NCBI GenBank assembly: GCA_964369875.1
Contig: CAYJHY010000001.1
Span: 1-51,295, forward strand
Reading direction: 5' to 3'
DNA: 51,295 nucleotides
Source of the DNA: an uncultured Mailhella sp.
GTDB taxonomy: Bacteria; Desulfobacterota; Desulfovibrionia; Desulfovibrionales; Desulfovibrionaceae
Each line of letters opens with the position of its first letter. Position 1 is the stretch's first letter. Under the pieces are notes generated by a model, which worked only from the letters and a program-made list of their open reading frames with translations, searched no databases and was not told where the DNA came from. Below are positions 27,301 to 35,477 of this stretch, piece after piece. The translations under genes were made by a program, and so were the position numbers.

Positions 27301-30217
27301 CTCACACCAAAAAAATGCGGTTTGGAGAGCCATGCAAGAAGGAACGGCACTTTTTGACCATGTGGTGGGAGCAGGTAAAACTTTAGCGGCAACCGCTATG
27401 GTGAAAGAATCAAAACGCATGGGATTATTTAATAAGCCCATGATTGTTGTCCCCAATCACCTTGTTTATCAATGGCGAGATGAGTTTTACCGATTATATC
27501 CCGACGCCAATATCCTTGTGGCCACAAAAGAAGATTTCTTAAAGCAAAACCGAGAGCGCTTCTTCAGCCGAGTAGCCACCAATGACTGGGATGCTGTTAT
27601 TGTTGCCCACTCTTCTTTCAAAAAAATTGATATGCCAAAACAAATTGAGCAAGAAATTCTACAAGAGCAGATTACCGCGACCATGGACGCTTTAAGCTCT
27701 CTCAAAGAAAATAATGGAAGTCGGGCAACCATAAAACAACTTGAGAAACAAAAAGAGCGTATCACAGAACGCTATGATGCTCTCATAGCCGGGGCAGGAG
27801 CTAAAGATAAATCCGTTGATTTCTCCGATCTGGGGATTGATTCTATTATTGTTGACGAAGCCCACGAATTTAAAAACCTCAATTTCACTACAACGATGAA
27901 TGTTTCAGGGCTTGGAAATGTGACAGGTTCTGCCAAGGCATTGGACTTATTTATCAAGTGCCGCTATTTGCAAAGAGAAAACGAAGGCAAAGGGGTTTAT
28001 TTTCTCACAGGAACGCCCATAAGCAACAGTATTTCTGAAATCTATACCTTGCAAAGATATATGCAGTTTGACGAACTGAGTAAGAAAGGGCTTGAATATT
28101 TTGATTCTTGGGCTTCCACTTTTGCCAAAGTCAGCAGTGATTGGGAGCTTGACGCAACCGGGGTAAATTATAAACTCAAAAGCCGTTTTTCTAAATTTGA
28201 TAATGTCCCGGAACTGCTCTCCATGTATCGATCCTTTGCCGATGTCGTAACAAAGGAAGACATTGATAAACAACTGGCTGAAGCTGGATTTCGCTCCAAC
28301 ACTCCCCCACTTCTTTCAGGAAAACCTATCAGCCATATTGCAGAACGCTCGGAAAGCCAAGCAAAGTTTATGGAGCAAATTATTGATAGAATGGAAAACT
28401 TGCCCTCCGACCCTCGAGAAGACAATCCTTTAAAAATCACCAATGACGCAAGAAAAGCGGGGCTTGATATGCGCCTTATTGACCCCGATGAACACGATGT
28501 TGCTTGCTCAAAGGTCAACGCTTGCGCCGATCGTATTTTTCAGATTTGGCAATCTTCAAAAGAAGACAAAGGAACACAACTGGTTTTTTGTGACCTTTCT
28601 ACCCCCAAAAGCCAAGCAAGTACAGAAGAGCAAAAAGGCCTTACGTTTACAGAAGAGGCATTCGCAAACGAAAAAATTGAACTTACTGAAAAGGATGAAT
28701 TTGCAGAAAAAGACGATGAAAAAGCGGTGAAAGAAGTGAACATGGATGAAGTTCTTGCTTCTCTCGGTAGCGGAAATTTTTCTATTTACAATGATTTAAA
28801 AACCAAGTTGATGGAAAAAGGTATCCCCTCCCATGAAATAGCCTTTATCCATGACGCAAACACCGACCAAAGAAAATCAAAACTCTTTGGAGAAGTAAAT
28901 AATGGCGATGTTCGAGTTTTACTTGGTTCTACGGCTAAGATGGGAGCCGGAATGAATGTGCAAACGAGGCTTGTTGCTGCCCATCACTTGGATTGTCCGT
29001 GGCGACCATCTGACCTCGAGCAACGCAATGGAAGAATAATTCGTCAAGGAAATCAACTACATACAAAAGACCCCGACAATTTCCAAATAGGCATATATTA
29101 CTATGCCACCAAGCAAACATACGACGCGCGCATGTGGCAGACCATTCAATATAAAGCAACCGCCATCGAACAATTCAGAAAGGGAGATTTGCTTCAAAGA
29201 CAGATTGATGATGTGCGTTCTGAGGCGGCAACGGCTGCCGAAATGAAGGCGGCCGCTTCGGGTAATCCGCTTATTCTTATGGAAGTTAATATTTCCAACG
29301 AATTGAAAAATCTTGAAGCCTTATTTACAGAACATAATCGCTCAAAACACAGGCAAACCGACAAAATAAAATACCTGGAAGGTGCTCCCGAACGCCTAAA
29401 ACAAGCCGAAGAAAAGTATGCAAGTAATATTGCCCTTAGGGATGAAAATACAAGAAAAATAACGGAAAACGGGAAAGAGAAAATTGTTTTTGAACTTTAT
29501 CGTGAGGGCAAATTCCTAAGAGGTGATGATAAGGACGAAATACAAGCCATCATCAGTAAGGGAGTGCATGAGACTACCCTCAAACAAAAAACAAAAGATT
29601 TTCTTTTGGGTAATTATCGGGGCTTTGACGTACATATCAATCGTTCCCACTTTGCAAGTGCAGAGCATTTTGAATTTTCCATTACGGGTAAGAATGACAG
29701 ATTTTCCCCTGCTAACTTTCAATATAGTGTCAATGAGGATTTCTCGTTGACAGGGCTTTTTCAGCGCTTTGACAACCTCTTGGAAAAAGGCTTGGACGCT
29801 CGTCATCAGCAAGATGTGAAGTATGCCCAAAAAGATATAGAAAATCTACCCAATATGCGAGAGGCGTTTAACCGTGGTTTTGAACATCAAGACGAACTTA
29901 GCCTTGCCCGAAAAAACCATGAAAATGTTATTCTTGAATTGCAAAAAACAAAAGAAGATAAAAGCTACGTTTCGGAATGGCAACCTATGACGCTTGAAGA
30001 ATATAGAAAACAATCATCAGAAGCGACAATGCAAAACTCAAGCCCTGCCGATTCTCAAACCAAAATTCAAGCAAATAACCAAGCCGACCAGAAACAAAGC
30101 GGTTCAACAAACTCCGAAACTCGTTACCCTCCCATTGAAAATGCCTTTTCAAGCAAACTGAAGGTCGAAGATGGAATGCTTGTTGATAAACAAGGGAATA
30201 GGTTTAGAATGAAGTAA
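24395..30217 (+). CDS. DarB-like N6-adenine methylase/SNF2 helicase fusion, 1940 aa
   Basis: ILEPSAGIG and IGNPPF (methylase); HVVGAGKT, VDEAH, TGTPISN and PWRPSDLEQRNGR (helicase). Confidence 0.92.
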   Translation: MARRKTSLVPGQLSLFDDIAKIEHTQHELHAENTKENNLLEEILYGSRQTNSTPRHSTQSSQSEDNKRSLFDRRTYSHSLMDFGQVGTQQPREASSTGAIGLPLSTPTPVRSGETGRESDGFGGVQRPRVDGALQVGNLPDDRDRDRTGVNPKNFRLDPTALGTGGAKTKFQDNIQAIKTLNDLNHRNAKFASDGEQKILARYVGWGGLAQAFDKDNTTWEKEYKELKGLLSQEDYEKARRSTQDAHFTSATIIDGMYRGLARIGVNQADNLKILEPSAGIGHFIGLKPETFKADFYTVEQDPLSAKILDYLYPKEHNIQASYQDLDFGSSIFDVTIGNPPFGNQKLFDRNNPHLNDFSIHNYFIAKSMDCAKEGGVGAFVVSRYFMDSHNGQHRDYIAENSHFLGAVRLPHTAFKENALTDVTTDIVFLQKKTALEKEQGITRGYDMTRVEQQYVFDQQSQANMPAYYNKYFIDHPEQILGKMEYTSGQFGEELKCVPPEKQILDMSIINALQALPRNVFDKTIVNKENKIQASSSTEKEQNFIRSEYFQSLKPNSYVIVPGQQKVYEKEKDDFLQDTLKPVETKSVSAFNRINGMIEIRDTLRTLINLEKSNEADTVIEDKRRLLNARYDQFQKSFGFLNSTINKSLFKFDPESSLIQSLEKNYDKGISKEQAEKSGRIHKEPSATKSDIFFKRVLRPIEEATHADNAKDALAICLREKGMVDFARIASLVNSSAENVQSELQNERLVFLNPTSQLWEIKDKYLTGNVKEKLAIAEKYAEAQPDKYHTNVTALKEVIPMDIEAVDIGVRLGSSWVPPSDVLQFIRDEIGQLNEFSTQLDYIPLLGKWDAKIQIRDFAANREIWGTPNYHADDLIQSILTNRPIKVEKELGRDDFGKMIKEIDQEATAVAMQKAKSIEQAFNDWIWKDDERRAKLSKVYNDKFNTHVVPKYDGSHVELVGASESISLRSHQKNAVWRAMQEGTALFDHVVGAGKTLAATAMVKESKRMGLFNKPMIVVPNHLVYQWRDEFYRLYPDANILVATKEDFLKQNRERFFSRVATNDWDAVIVAHSSFKKIDMPKQIEQEILQEQITATMDALSSLKENNGSRATIKQLEKQKERITERYDALIAGAGAKDKSVDFSDLGIDSIIVDEAHEFKNLNFTTTMNVSGLGNVTGSAKALDLFIKCRYLQRENEGKGVYFLTGTPISNSISEIYTLQRYMQFDELSKKGLEYFDSWASTFAKVSSDWELDATGVNYKLKSRFSKFDNVPELLSMYRSFADVVTKEDIDKQLAEAGFRSNTPPLLSGKPISHIAERSESQAKFMEQIIDRMENLPSDPREDNPLKITNDARKAGLDMRLIDPDEHDVACSKVNACADRIFQIWQSSKEDKGTQLVFCDLSTPKSQASTEEQKGLTFTEEAFANEKIELTEKDEFAEKDDEKAVKEVNMDEVLASLGSGNFSIYNDLKTKLMEKGIPSHEIAFIHDANTDQRKSKLFGEVNNGDVRVLLGSTAKMGAGMNVQTRLVAAHHLDCPWRPSDLEQRNGRIIRQGNQLHTKDPDNFQIGIYYYATKQTYDARMWQTIQYKATAIEQFRKGDLLQRQIDDVRSEAATAAEMKAAASGNPLILMEVNISNELKNLEALFTEHNRSKHRQTDKIKYLEGAPERLKQAEEKYASNIALRDENTRKITENGKEKIVFELYREGKFLRGDDKDEIQAIISKGVHETTLKQKTKDFLLGNYRGFDVHINRSHFASAEHFEFSITGKNDRFSPANFQYSVNEDFSLTGLFQRFDNLLEKGLDARHQQDVKYAQKDIENLPNMREAFNRGFEHQDELSLARKNHENVILELQKTKEDKSYVSEWQPMTLEEYRKQSSEATMQNSSPADSQTKIQANNQADQKQSGSTNSETRYPPIENAFSSKLKVEDGMLVDKQGNRFRMK
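24528..24845 (+). CDS. 105-aa protein nested in the +1 frame of the helicase gene
   Basis: GAGGAG RBS 7 nt before the ATG; amphipathic helical sequence overlapping a low-complexity stretch of the helicase. Confidence 0.75.
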   Translation: MALDKQTAPLDIARSLLSQKTISALFSIDGRTVIHSWILDRWALNSPEKLLQLEQSGYLFLLQRLCVQAKLEEKAMDSEEYNDLELMGHSKWEIFQMIGIETELE

Positions 30218-30235
30218 ATTGTGGTGTAGTAAAAA

Positions 30236-30272
30236 GTAAAAAAGAAAGCCAAATTTTGGCTTTCTTTTTTAC
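30236..30272. terminator. Bidirectional intrinsic terminator
   Basis: GTAAAAAAGAAAGCCAA-ATT-TTGGCTTTCTTTTTTAC between convergent genes. Confidence 0.85.
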
Positions 30273-30337
30273 CCTAAAGATTTTAACTTGTTGGACTGTT
30301 TGCAGACAAAATGTTACCGGAGGAAAGTGGCACTATT

Positions 30338-30595
30338 CTACTTTAGCTCTTTAGCAAGTGCCTCCTCAAGAGCACATGCCAGTTGATCAGGACATGACGT
30401 TCCTCTGTGGTCGCAACAAATACCGCGTAGCCTAGAAATAACTTCCTGCGCAGGAAGTCCTTCAACAAGTGCCGCAATACCAAGGGCATTACCTGAGCAT
30501 CCACGAACAAAAACCACGTTATGTACAGTCAAATCATCTGACAAATCAAAGCTAATACTTTTTGAACACACATGCTTTGGAGTAAATAAATACAT
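30338..30595 (-). CDS. TSCPD-domain protein (TIGR03905 type)
   Basis: VCS, GC.GN..GI..LVEG, GI.C..RGTSCPDQLA; GAGGG RBS before 30595. Confidence 0.9.
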   Translation of the reverse strand: MYLFTPKHVCSKSISFDLSDDLTVHNVVFVRGCSGNALGIAALVEGLPAQEVISRLRGICCDHRGTSCPDQLACALEEALAKELK

Positions 30596-30664
30596 AAAAT
30601 CCCTCAAATATTCTATAAAGTTCTGATAACGAAATAGTGGTGTATTATCTTAAAAAATAATACA

Positions 30665-30745
30665 ATAAAAAACACATACACATATCAACAAACATATACA
30701 AACATACTTATATAAACACACTCATAATATTATACATATATTCAT
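30665..30745. repeat. Degenerate ACAT/ATAC/AAAC array, putative centromere-like site downstream of par
   Basis: Tetramer-like low-complexity array; shares AAACATACTTATA (30700-12) with 31907-19. Confidence 0.45.
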
Positions 30746-30753
30746 TAATAGCT

Positions 30754-31101
30754 TTATTTCTTAAGCAATTCTTCCATGTACGAATGGATAAAGTCATTCA
30801 CACTTTTCTTTTCTTGACTGGCTTTTGCTTGGATTTTTTCATAGAGGCTTGGTTGCATAAGGAGGTTTACTCTTTTTGTTCGTTTCTCAATAAACCGTGG
30901 ATCAAGTTTATAGCCCTCAGGAACTTGAAATTTGGAAGGGGCTATGGCATTGGCAGGTGAAGGAGCACTTTCTTCAATGCTTTCTTTCTTGCTTTCCATC
31001 TTGCTTTCGTAAGTGACTTCTACTTGGGGAACTTCTTTTTCTTCTCGTATACTACTGATAAATTGTTCAGCAGGGTTATCAGTGAAAGATTTTTTAGCCA
31101 T
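30754..31101 (-). CDS. ParG-like ribbon-helix-helix partition protein
   Basis: Disordered N-terminus and C-terminal KRVNLLMQPSLYEKI...SVNDFI; coupled to parA. Confidence 0.8.
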   Translation of the reverse strand: MAKKSFTDNPAEQFISSIREEKEVPQVEVTYESKMESKKESIEESAPSPANAIAPSKFQVPEGYKLDPRFIEKRTKRVNLLMQPSLYEKIQAKASQEKKSVNDFIHSYMEELLKK

Positions 31102-31102
31102 T

Positions 31103-31855
31103 TTATACTCCAAAAATTTCGTTGGTTAGCATTTCATAGTCTTTGGCCACGTTACTACGCTTTGCGTAGTCAAAAATATTTTTTCTTGAAGCTTGGGCTT
31201 CTTTTGTGGCTACGCATTCACGAATTTCTGTCTTGAAAAGACAAGTTCCCATTTGTTCGGCGGTTTTTTCAAGCATTTTTTTCATATCTTTACTGAGCAC
31301 AGAACGAGCATTAAAGCGTGTGATTAATATGCCCTTGGTTTTCAGCTTTGGATTACAATACTTCTTTACAGTTTCATAGGTCTTATAAAATTGCCCAATC
31401 CCCTGGAGACTAAAAGCGTCAGCTTGTGCAGGAATAAGGATGGAATCGGCGGCGGTAAGGGCGTTCACTGTCAAAATACTTAAAGCCGGTGGCGTGTCGA
31501 TGATGACATAGTCATACAGCTTTTTAATATTCTCCAAAGCTTCCTGTAAGCGATATTCTTTCCCTGTTTCAACGAGCATTCCATCGGCTCCCGAAAGCGT
31601 GGGAACCGACGTTATAAGCTCTACTTCGTCAAGCTCTTTTATGCAATCTTGAATGTCTGCTTCGTTCATCAAAACTTGCATTATGTTCCTATTGTCTATG
31701 GTCGCTCCCAAGGTATATGTCAAATTTCCTTGTGCGTCCATATCAATAAAGAGGACCTTTTTCCCTTTTTTTGCCAAAGCAAAGCCAATGGCTAAGGCCG
31801 TGGTGCTCTTACCAACTCCGCCTTTTTGATTTGTAATTGCAATAATTTCAGACAT
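31103..31855 (-). CDS. parA: ParA/Soj-family Walker ATPase
   Basis: NQKGGVGKST, ID.D.QGN, IIDTPP; no N-terminal HTH (type Ib). Confidence 0.95.
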   Translation of the reverse strand: MSEIIAITNQKGGVGKSTTALAIGFALAKKGKKVLFIDMDAQGNLTYTLGATIDNRNIMQVLMNEADIQDCIKELDEVELITSVPTLSGADGMLVETGKEYRLQEALENIKKLYDYVIIDTPPALSILTVNALTAADSILIPAQADAFSLQGIGQFYKTYETVKKYCNPKLKTKGILITRFNARSVLSKDMKKMLEKTAEQMGTCLFKTEIRECVATKEAQASRKNIFDYAKRSNVAKDYEMLTNEIFGV

Positions 31856-31864
31856 TTTTGTTAT

Positions 31865-31957
31865 CCTTATACATATCTTTTTATACTTGTATTATTCTAC
31901 ACGTATAAACATACTTATACTAATGTACTTAGATATGTATACGAACATACACAAACG
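31865..31957. repeat. Degenerate ATAC-rich array upstream of parA (operator/centromere candidate)
   Basis: Repeated ATAC/ACAT units and a 13-mer shared with the downstream array. Confidence 0.45.
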
Positions 31958-32070
31958 TTGTCAATAGGTTTGACTTGCTTTACAAAAAAGTCTAAAATTT
32001 TTTCATAGAAATAGAATACACTTCAAGCGAGTAAAGCAACGAACTCCAAACATACGGATGAAAATATAAT

Positions 32071-32628
32071 ATGGCAAACGTCGGTTACATACGAGTAAGT
32101 ACAATAGAGCAAAACACCACGCGTCAGCTTGACGGACTTTCAAAAAATAACGTTTCTTTGGATAAGGTCTTTGAAGATAAAGTGAGCTCAAGCCAAGTTA
32201 ACCGCCCTGCCCTGCAGGCTTGCCTGACCTATTTGCGTGAAGGGGATATTTTGTATATTCATAGTATCGATCGCTTGGCACGCAATCTCAGTGAATTACA
32301 AAGTATCGTCAATGAGCTTACAGCAAAAGGCGTTACTGTGCATTTTTGGACAGAGAATCTTATTTTTTCGGGTCAAACTTCTCCAATGCAAGAACTTATT
32401 TTTCAAATGCTTGGGGCTTTTGCCCAATTTGAACGATCCCTTATCAAAGAACGCCAAAAAGAAGGCATTGCCAAAGCCAAACAAGAAGGACGCTTTACAG
32501 GACGCCCACGTAAAATTTCAGAGCAAGATAAAAGTGACATAGCTAAGGCACTCGCTGACGGCGCAAGCCCTGCAAGCCTTGCTGAAAAGTATAAAGTGAG
32601 TAAATCGAGCATTTATGGGGTGAAATAA
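32071..32628 (+). CDS. Small serine resolvase/invertase with C-terminal HTH
   Basis: GYIRVST..Q, DRLAR, GAFAQFER..IKERQ.EG, GRP, HTH tail. Confidence 0.95.
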   Translation: MANVGYIRVSTIEQNTTRQLDGLSKNNVSLDKVFEDKVSSSQVNRPALQACLTYLREGDILYIHSIDRLARNLSELQSIVNELTAKGVTVHFWTENLIFSGQTSPMQELIFQMLGAFAQFERSLIKERQKEGIAKAKQEGRFTGRPRKISEQDKSDIAKALADGASPASLAEKYKVSKSSIYGVK

Positions 32629-32758
32629 AATATATAAAAGAACCAGGATATTATTATGTTAACATAACTATCCTGAACTCTTTTTTAGCGTTTTATATTT
32701 ATTGTAAGCTTATTGTATTGACTTCAACAAGGAAAATGTTGAAGTTTAGTTTGCAATA

Positions 32759-35281
32759 TTAGTTTTTTTTATACGGAATTGGTTCCTGGAATAGTTCGCG
32801 AAGTTTATTACGATCTTTTGTATTAATAGGATGAATTAAAGCATAATTACGAACATGTATGTTTAAAATTTTTATAGGTACATATGATAGCTTATTTTTA
32901 TGCATTACTTTTTTTACATCATCTGGCGTAATTGATTTATTATACCATAGCTGTACAATAAATTTAACTATATGTGTTGCCGGTGTATTAATCCTATCAC
33001 AAGCTGTTGATATAATATCTGATAGTTTTTCCGACCCCAGTAAGTGTACAATTTGACTTATATAAATATATACAAACACAAAATTGATTTGCCAAAAGAT
33101 TTTTTTTGCTTTTTTATAGACTTCTTCTTCAGATAAAGGATTATTTTTTTCATTTTGTATTTTATCGATATAATGTGATATTAGATTAACTAAATCCTCT
33201 TCATTTTCTTTTTTAGTAATAGCTTCCAAATGAACGGAAATTAACCGCAGAAAGGTATTCATACCTTCAACAAACATTTCTTCTAATTTGTTTTTTTCTA
33301 TTGACCCTGCTCTATTTTTTATTATGTGACCTAATACCTCAACAGTTTTAAACGTACGTCTGAAACTATCGTCCTCTAACTCATCAGTTTCCATTTCATG
33401 ATTGTCAATCACATCACTATTTTCTGAATTTTCCATTAAATCTTTTTGCTTTAGTTGATATGCTCTTTCTTCTTCACATTGATTCTTTTCTGGAATAGTT
33501 ATTTGCTCAATGAGGTTGTCTTGAGCTTCAAAACACATTAAAGATTCTCGTTCTAAAGTTGCAGCATTATAACCGTTAAATAAATACATTGATTGCAGTT
33601 GAATATCGTCTAATAAATTTGAATTTCTTGCATGGTGTGAAACAAAAATTATAATATACGCATTATCATTCACATGTAATTTATTCAAAATGTCATGAAT
33701 TTCAGCTTCAATATTTTTATTTGTAGCATTTTCAGAAAAATATTTTCCACAAAAAAAATAGTAAATATACGGATAAGTAAATGTGTAGTTTGAGAGGCTT
33801 GTTTGATAAACTAGGTGTGAATTTAGTAGAATATCCAAAAATTTGTGTGGTATGTTAAATCTTTCCTTGTATTCACTAAAGAAATTATTAAATGTAACTG
33901 CTGAAACTTCTTTTTGTTTTTGTTTGAATAAAAAATAAGCAAACTCTGACATAAAATTAATATAATAGTCAATATCATCGTTTCGAACATTTTGTTTTTT
34001 TAAATAATATAAAATTAAAGCTTGGTAGCAGTACCCTTGAGATGTAATTTCTTGGTCTAATGGATGGTTTAATGTTTCATAAGAACTTAGAATTGATATA
34101 ATATAAAATGGAAAGCTTGGAACAATTCCTTTACCTGATATTTTACCCAATGCTTCTGTAATTAGGCTTGTTTTGCTATCAAGATCGGCATAAAATTTTG
34201 AATCATTGTCATTGCTAGAAGAATCTATTTCTAACCATTTTCGGATAAGTGAATCCCGTAAAGAAGGTGCGTATTCTTTGATTTCATAATCAATATAGTC
34301 TAAAAATAAGTTTTTGCTTTTTATATTAAGTTCAGTGTCTACATCCATAACAAGCAGACACGATTTATAGCCTTCTAAATCAGAAAGTATTTTCCCTCTA
34401 TTTTTCACACTATCAAAATTATCTATGACAGGAATAAATCTTGATGGATCAATCTTATGAAAAGCCATTCCTTCATACTGTTTTGTGAAAAGTTCTTCCA
34501 TTTTTTTTTTGTTGAATGGTGAAGATTTAATATCAATGAAAATAGGAATTAACTTTTTAGCTAAAAGCTTAATACATAACATCTTAGCTAGAGCTGTTTT
34601 ACCAGATTGACTAACTCCTCTGATTATTACCCTTTTTTCATCAATAATATTATTAACTATGAGTTCGCCATTAACCTTATCTTCTTTTCCATTTTCCATG
34701 TTGTAATACTTAAGCTCTGGAAAAATATAAATATCAGAAAGTAGTAAGCTTTCTTTTTTAGGATGGGCTTTTTTAAAGATACCTGAATCATTTAATTCTT
34801 CAGAAAATGACTGAACAAATTGTAATTTTTTTATCTCGTTTTCGTATTCAACCACTTTCTTTATATCAGCACAGACAACACTCCACCCAGCATCTTCATC
34901 ATCAAAAGAAGATATAGGAGATCCATCAGTAGGCGTAGCCAAATGCTTTGATAGATTTGGTATGTCAGTCCACCCACAGTGTGAGAGAATAATTGGTATC
35001 ACACGTACTTGCTTCTCTCTTTTTAGTTTAAATGACTCTTCAAGTTCTTTTTTGCATGCTGGCGACACCAAAAATTTAGCTGAAATACATAAGCAAATTA
35101 TATCAGAGCAATAAAGATTGTCATCGATATTTTTTAAAAATTCATCTCCTACTTGATTTTTTCGATCACGCCAAATTGTAATTTGTTCAAGATCTTCCAA
35201 TACCCTAAGATGAGTTTCAAAATTTTCAATTAATTTTTCATCAGTATGTGAATAACTTATAAATAATCTCAAGGCACTCAT
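32759..35281 (-). CDS. TIR domain fused to a STAND/NACHT-like NTPase (candidate anti-phage sensor-effector)
   Basis: LFISYSH.D, WRDR and S..C.KEL (TIR); Walker A GVSQSGKT and IDNFD; helical C-terminus; AT-rich. Confidence 0.82.
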   Translation of the reverse strand: MSALRLFISYSHTDEKLIENFETHLRVLEDLEQITIWRDRKNQVGDEFLKNIDDNLYCSDIICLCISAKFLVSPACKKELEESFKLKREKQVRVIPIILSHCGWTDIPNLSKHLATPTDGSPISSFDDEDAGWSVVCADIKKVVEYENEIKKLQFVQSFSEELNDSGIFKKAHPKKESLLLSDIYIFPELKYYNMENGKEDKVNGELIVNNIIDEKRVIIRGVSQSGKTALAKMLCIKLLAKKLIPIFIDIKSSPFNKKKMEELFTKQYEGMAFHKIDPSRFIPVIDNFDSVKNRGKILSDLEGYKSCLLVMDVDTELNIKSKNLFLDYIDYEIKEYAPSLRDSLIRKWLEIDSSSNDNDSKFYADLDSKTSLITEALGKISGKGIVPSFPFYIISILSSYETLNHPLDQEITSQGYCYQALILYYLKKQNVRNDDIDYYINFMSEFAYFLFKQKQKEVSAVTFNNFFSEYKERFNIPHKFLDILLNSHLVYQTSLSNYTFTYPYIYYFFCGKYFSENATNKNIEAEIHDILNKLHVNDNAYIIIFVSHHARNSNLLDDIQLQSMYLFNGYNAATLERESLMCFEAQDNLIEQITIPEKNQCEEERAYQLKQKDLMENSENSDVIDNHEMETDELEDDSFRRTFKTVEVLGHIIKNRAGSIEKNKLEEMFVEGMNTFLRLISVHLEAITKKENEEDLVNLISHYIDKIQNEKNNPLSEEEVYKKAKKIFWQINFVFVYIYISQIVHLLGSEKLSDIISTACDRINTPATHIVKFIVQLWYNKSITPDDVKKVMHKNKLSYVPIKILNIHVRNYALIHPINTKDRNKLRELFQEPIPYKKN

Positions 35282-35322
35282 ATATTCTCCATCTTATTGT
35301 ACAATATTACTCTAAAATTAAC

Positions 35323-35350
35323 AGTTTATATTGATTTTTTTTTGTGTCAA
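35323..35350 (-). promoter_or_regulatory. Probable promoter of the TIR-STAND gene
   Basis: Minus strand TTGACA-16nt-TAAACT. Confidence 0.5.
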
Positions 35351-35477
35351 TATCTTTATAAACAATATTGATATTCTGACTGAAAAACTAATTTCTAGAG
35401 TAAAAAATCAAAAACAAAAATATAAAAGGTACACAGACAAAAGTAGGTTGTACACCTATAATATAACAGTATCCTAC

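Noticed and set aside
32071..32628. Resolvase as the element's integrase
   Set aside because: At 185 aa it lacks the large C-terminal domains of serine integrases and lies internally.
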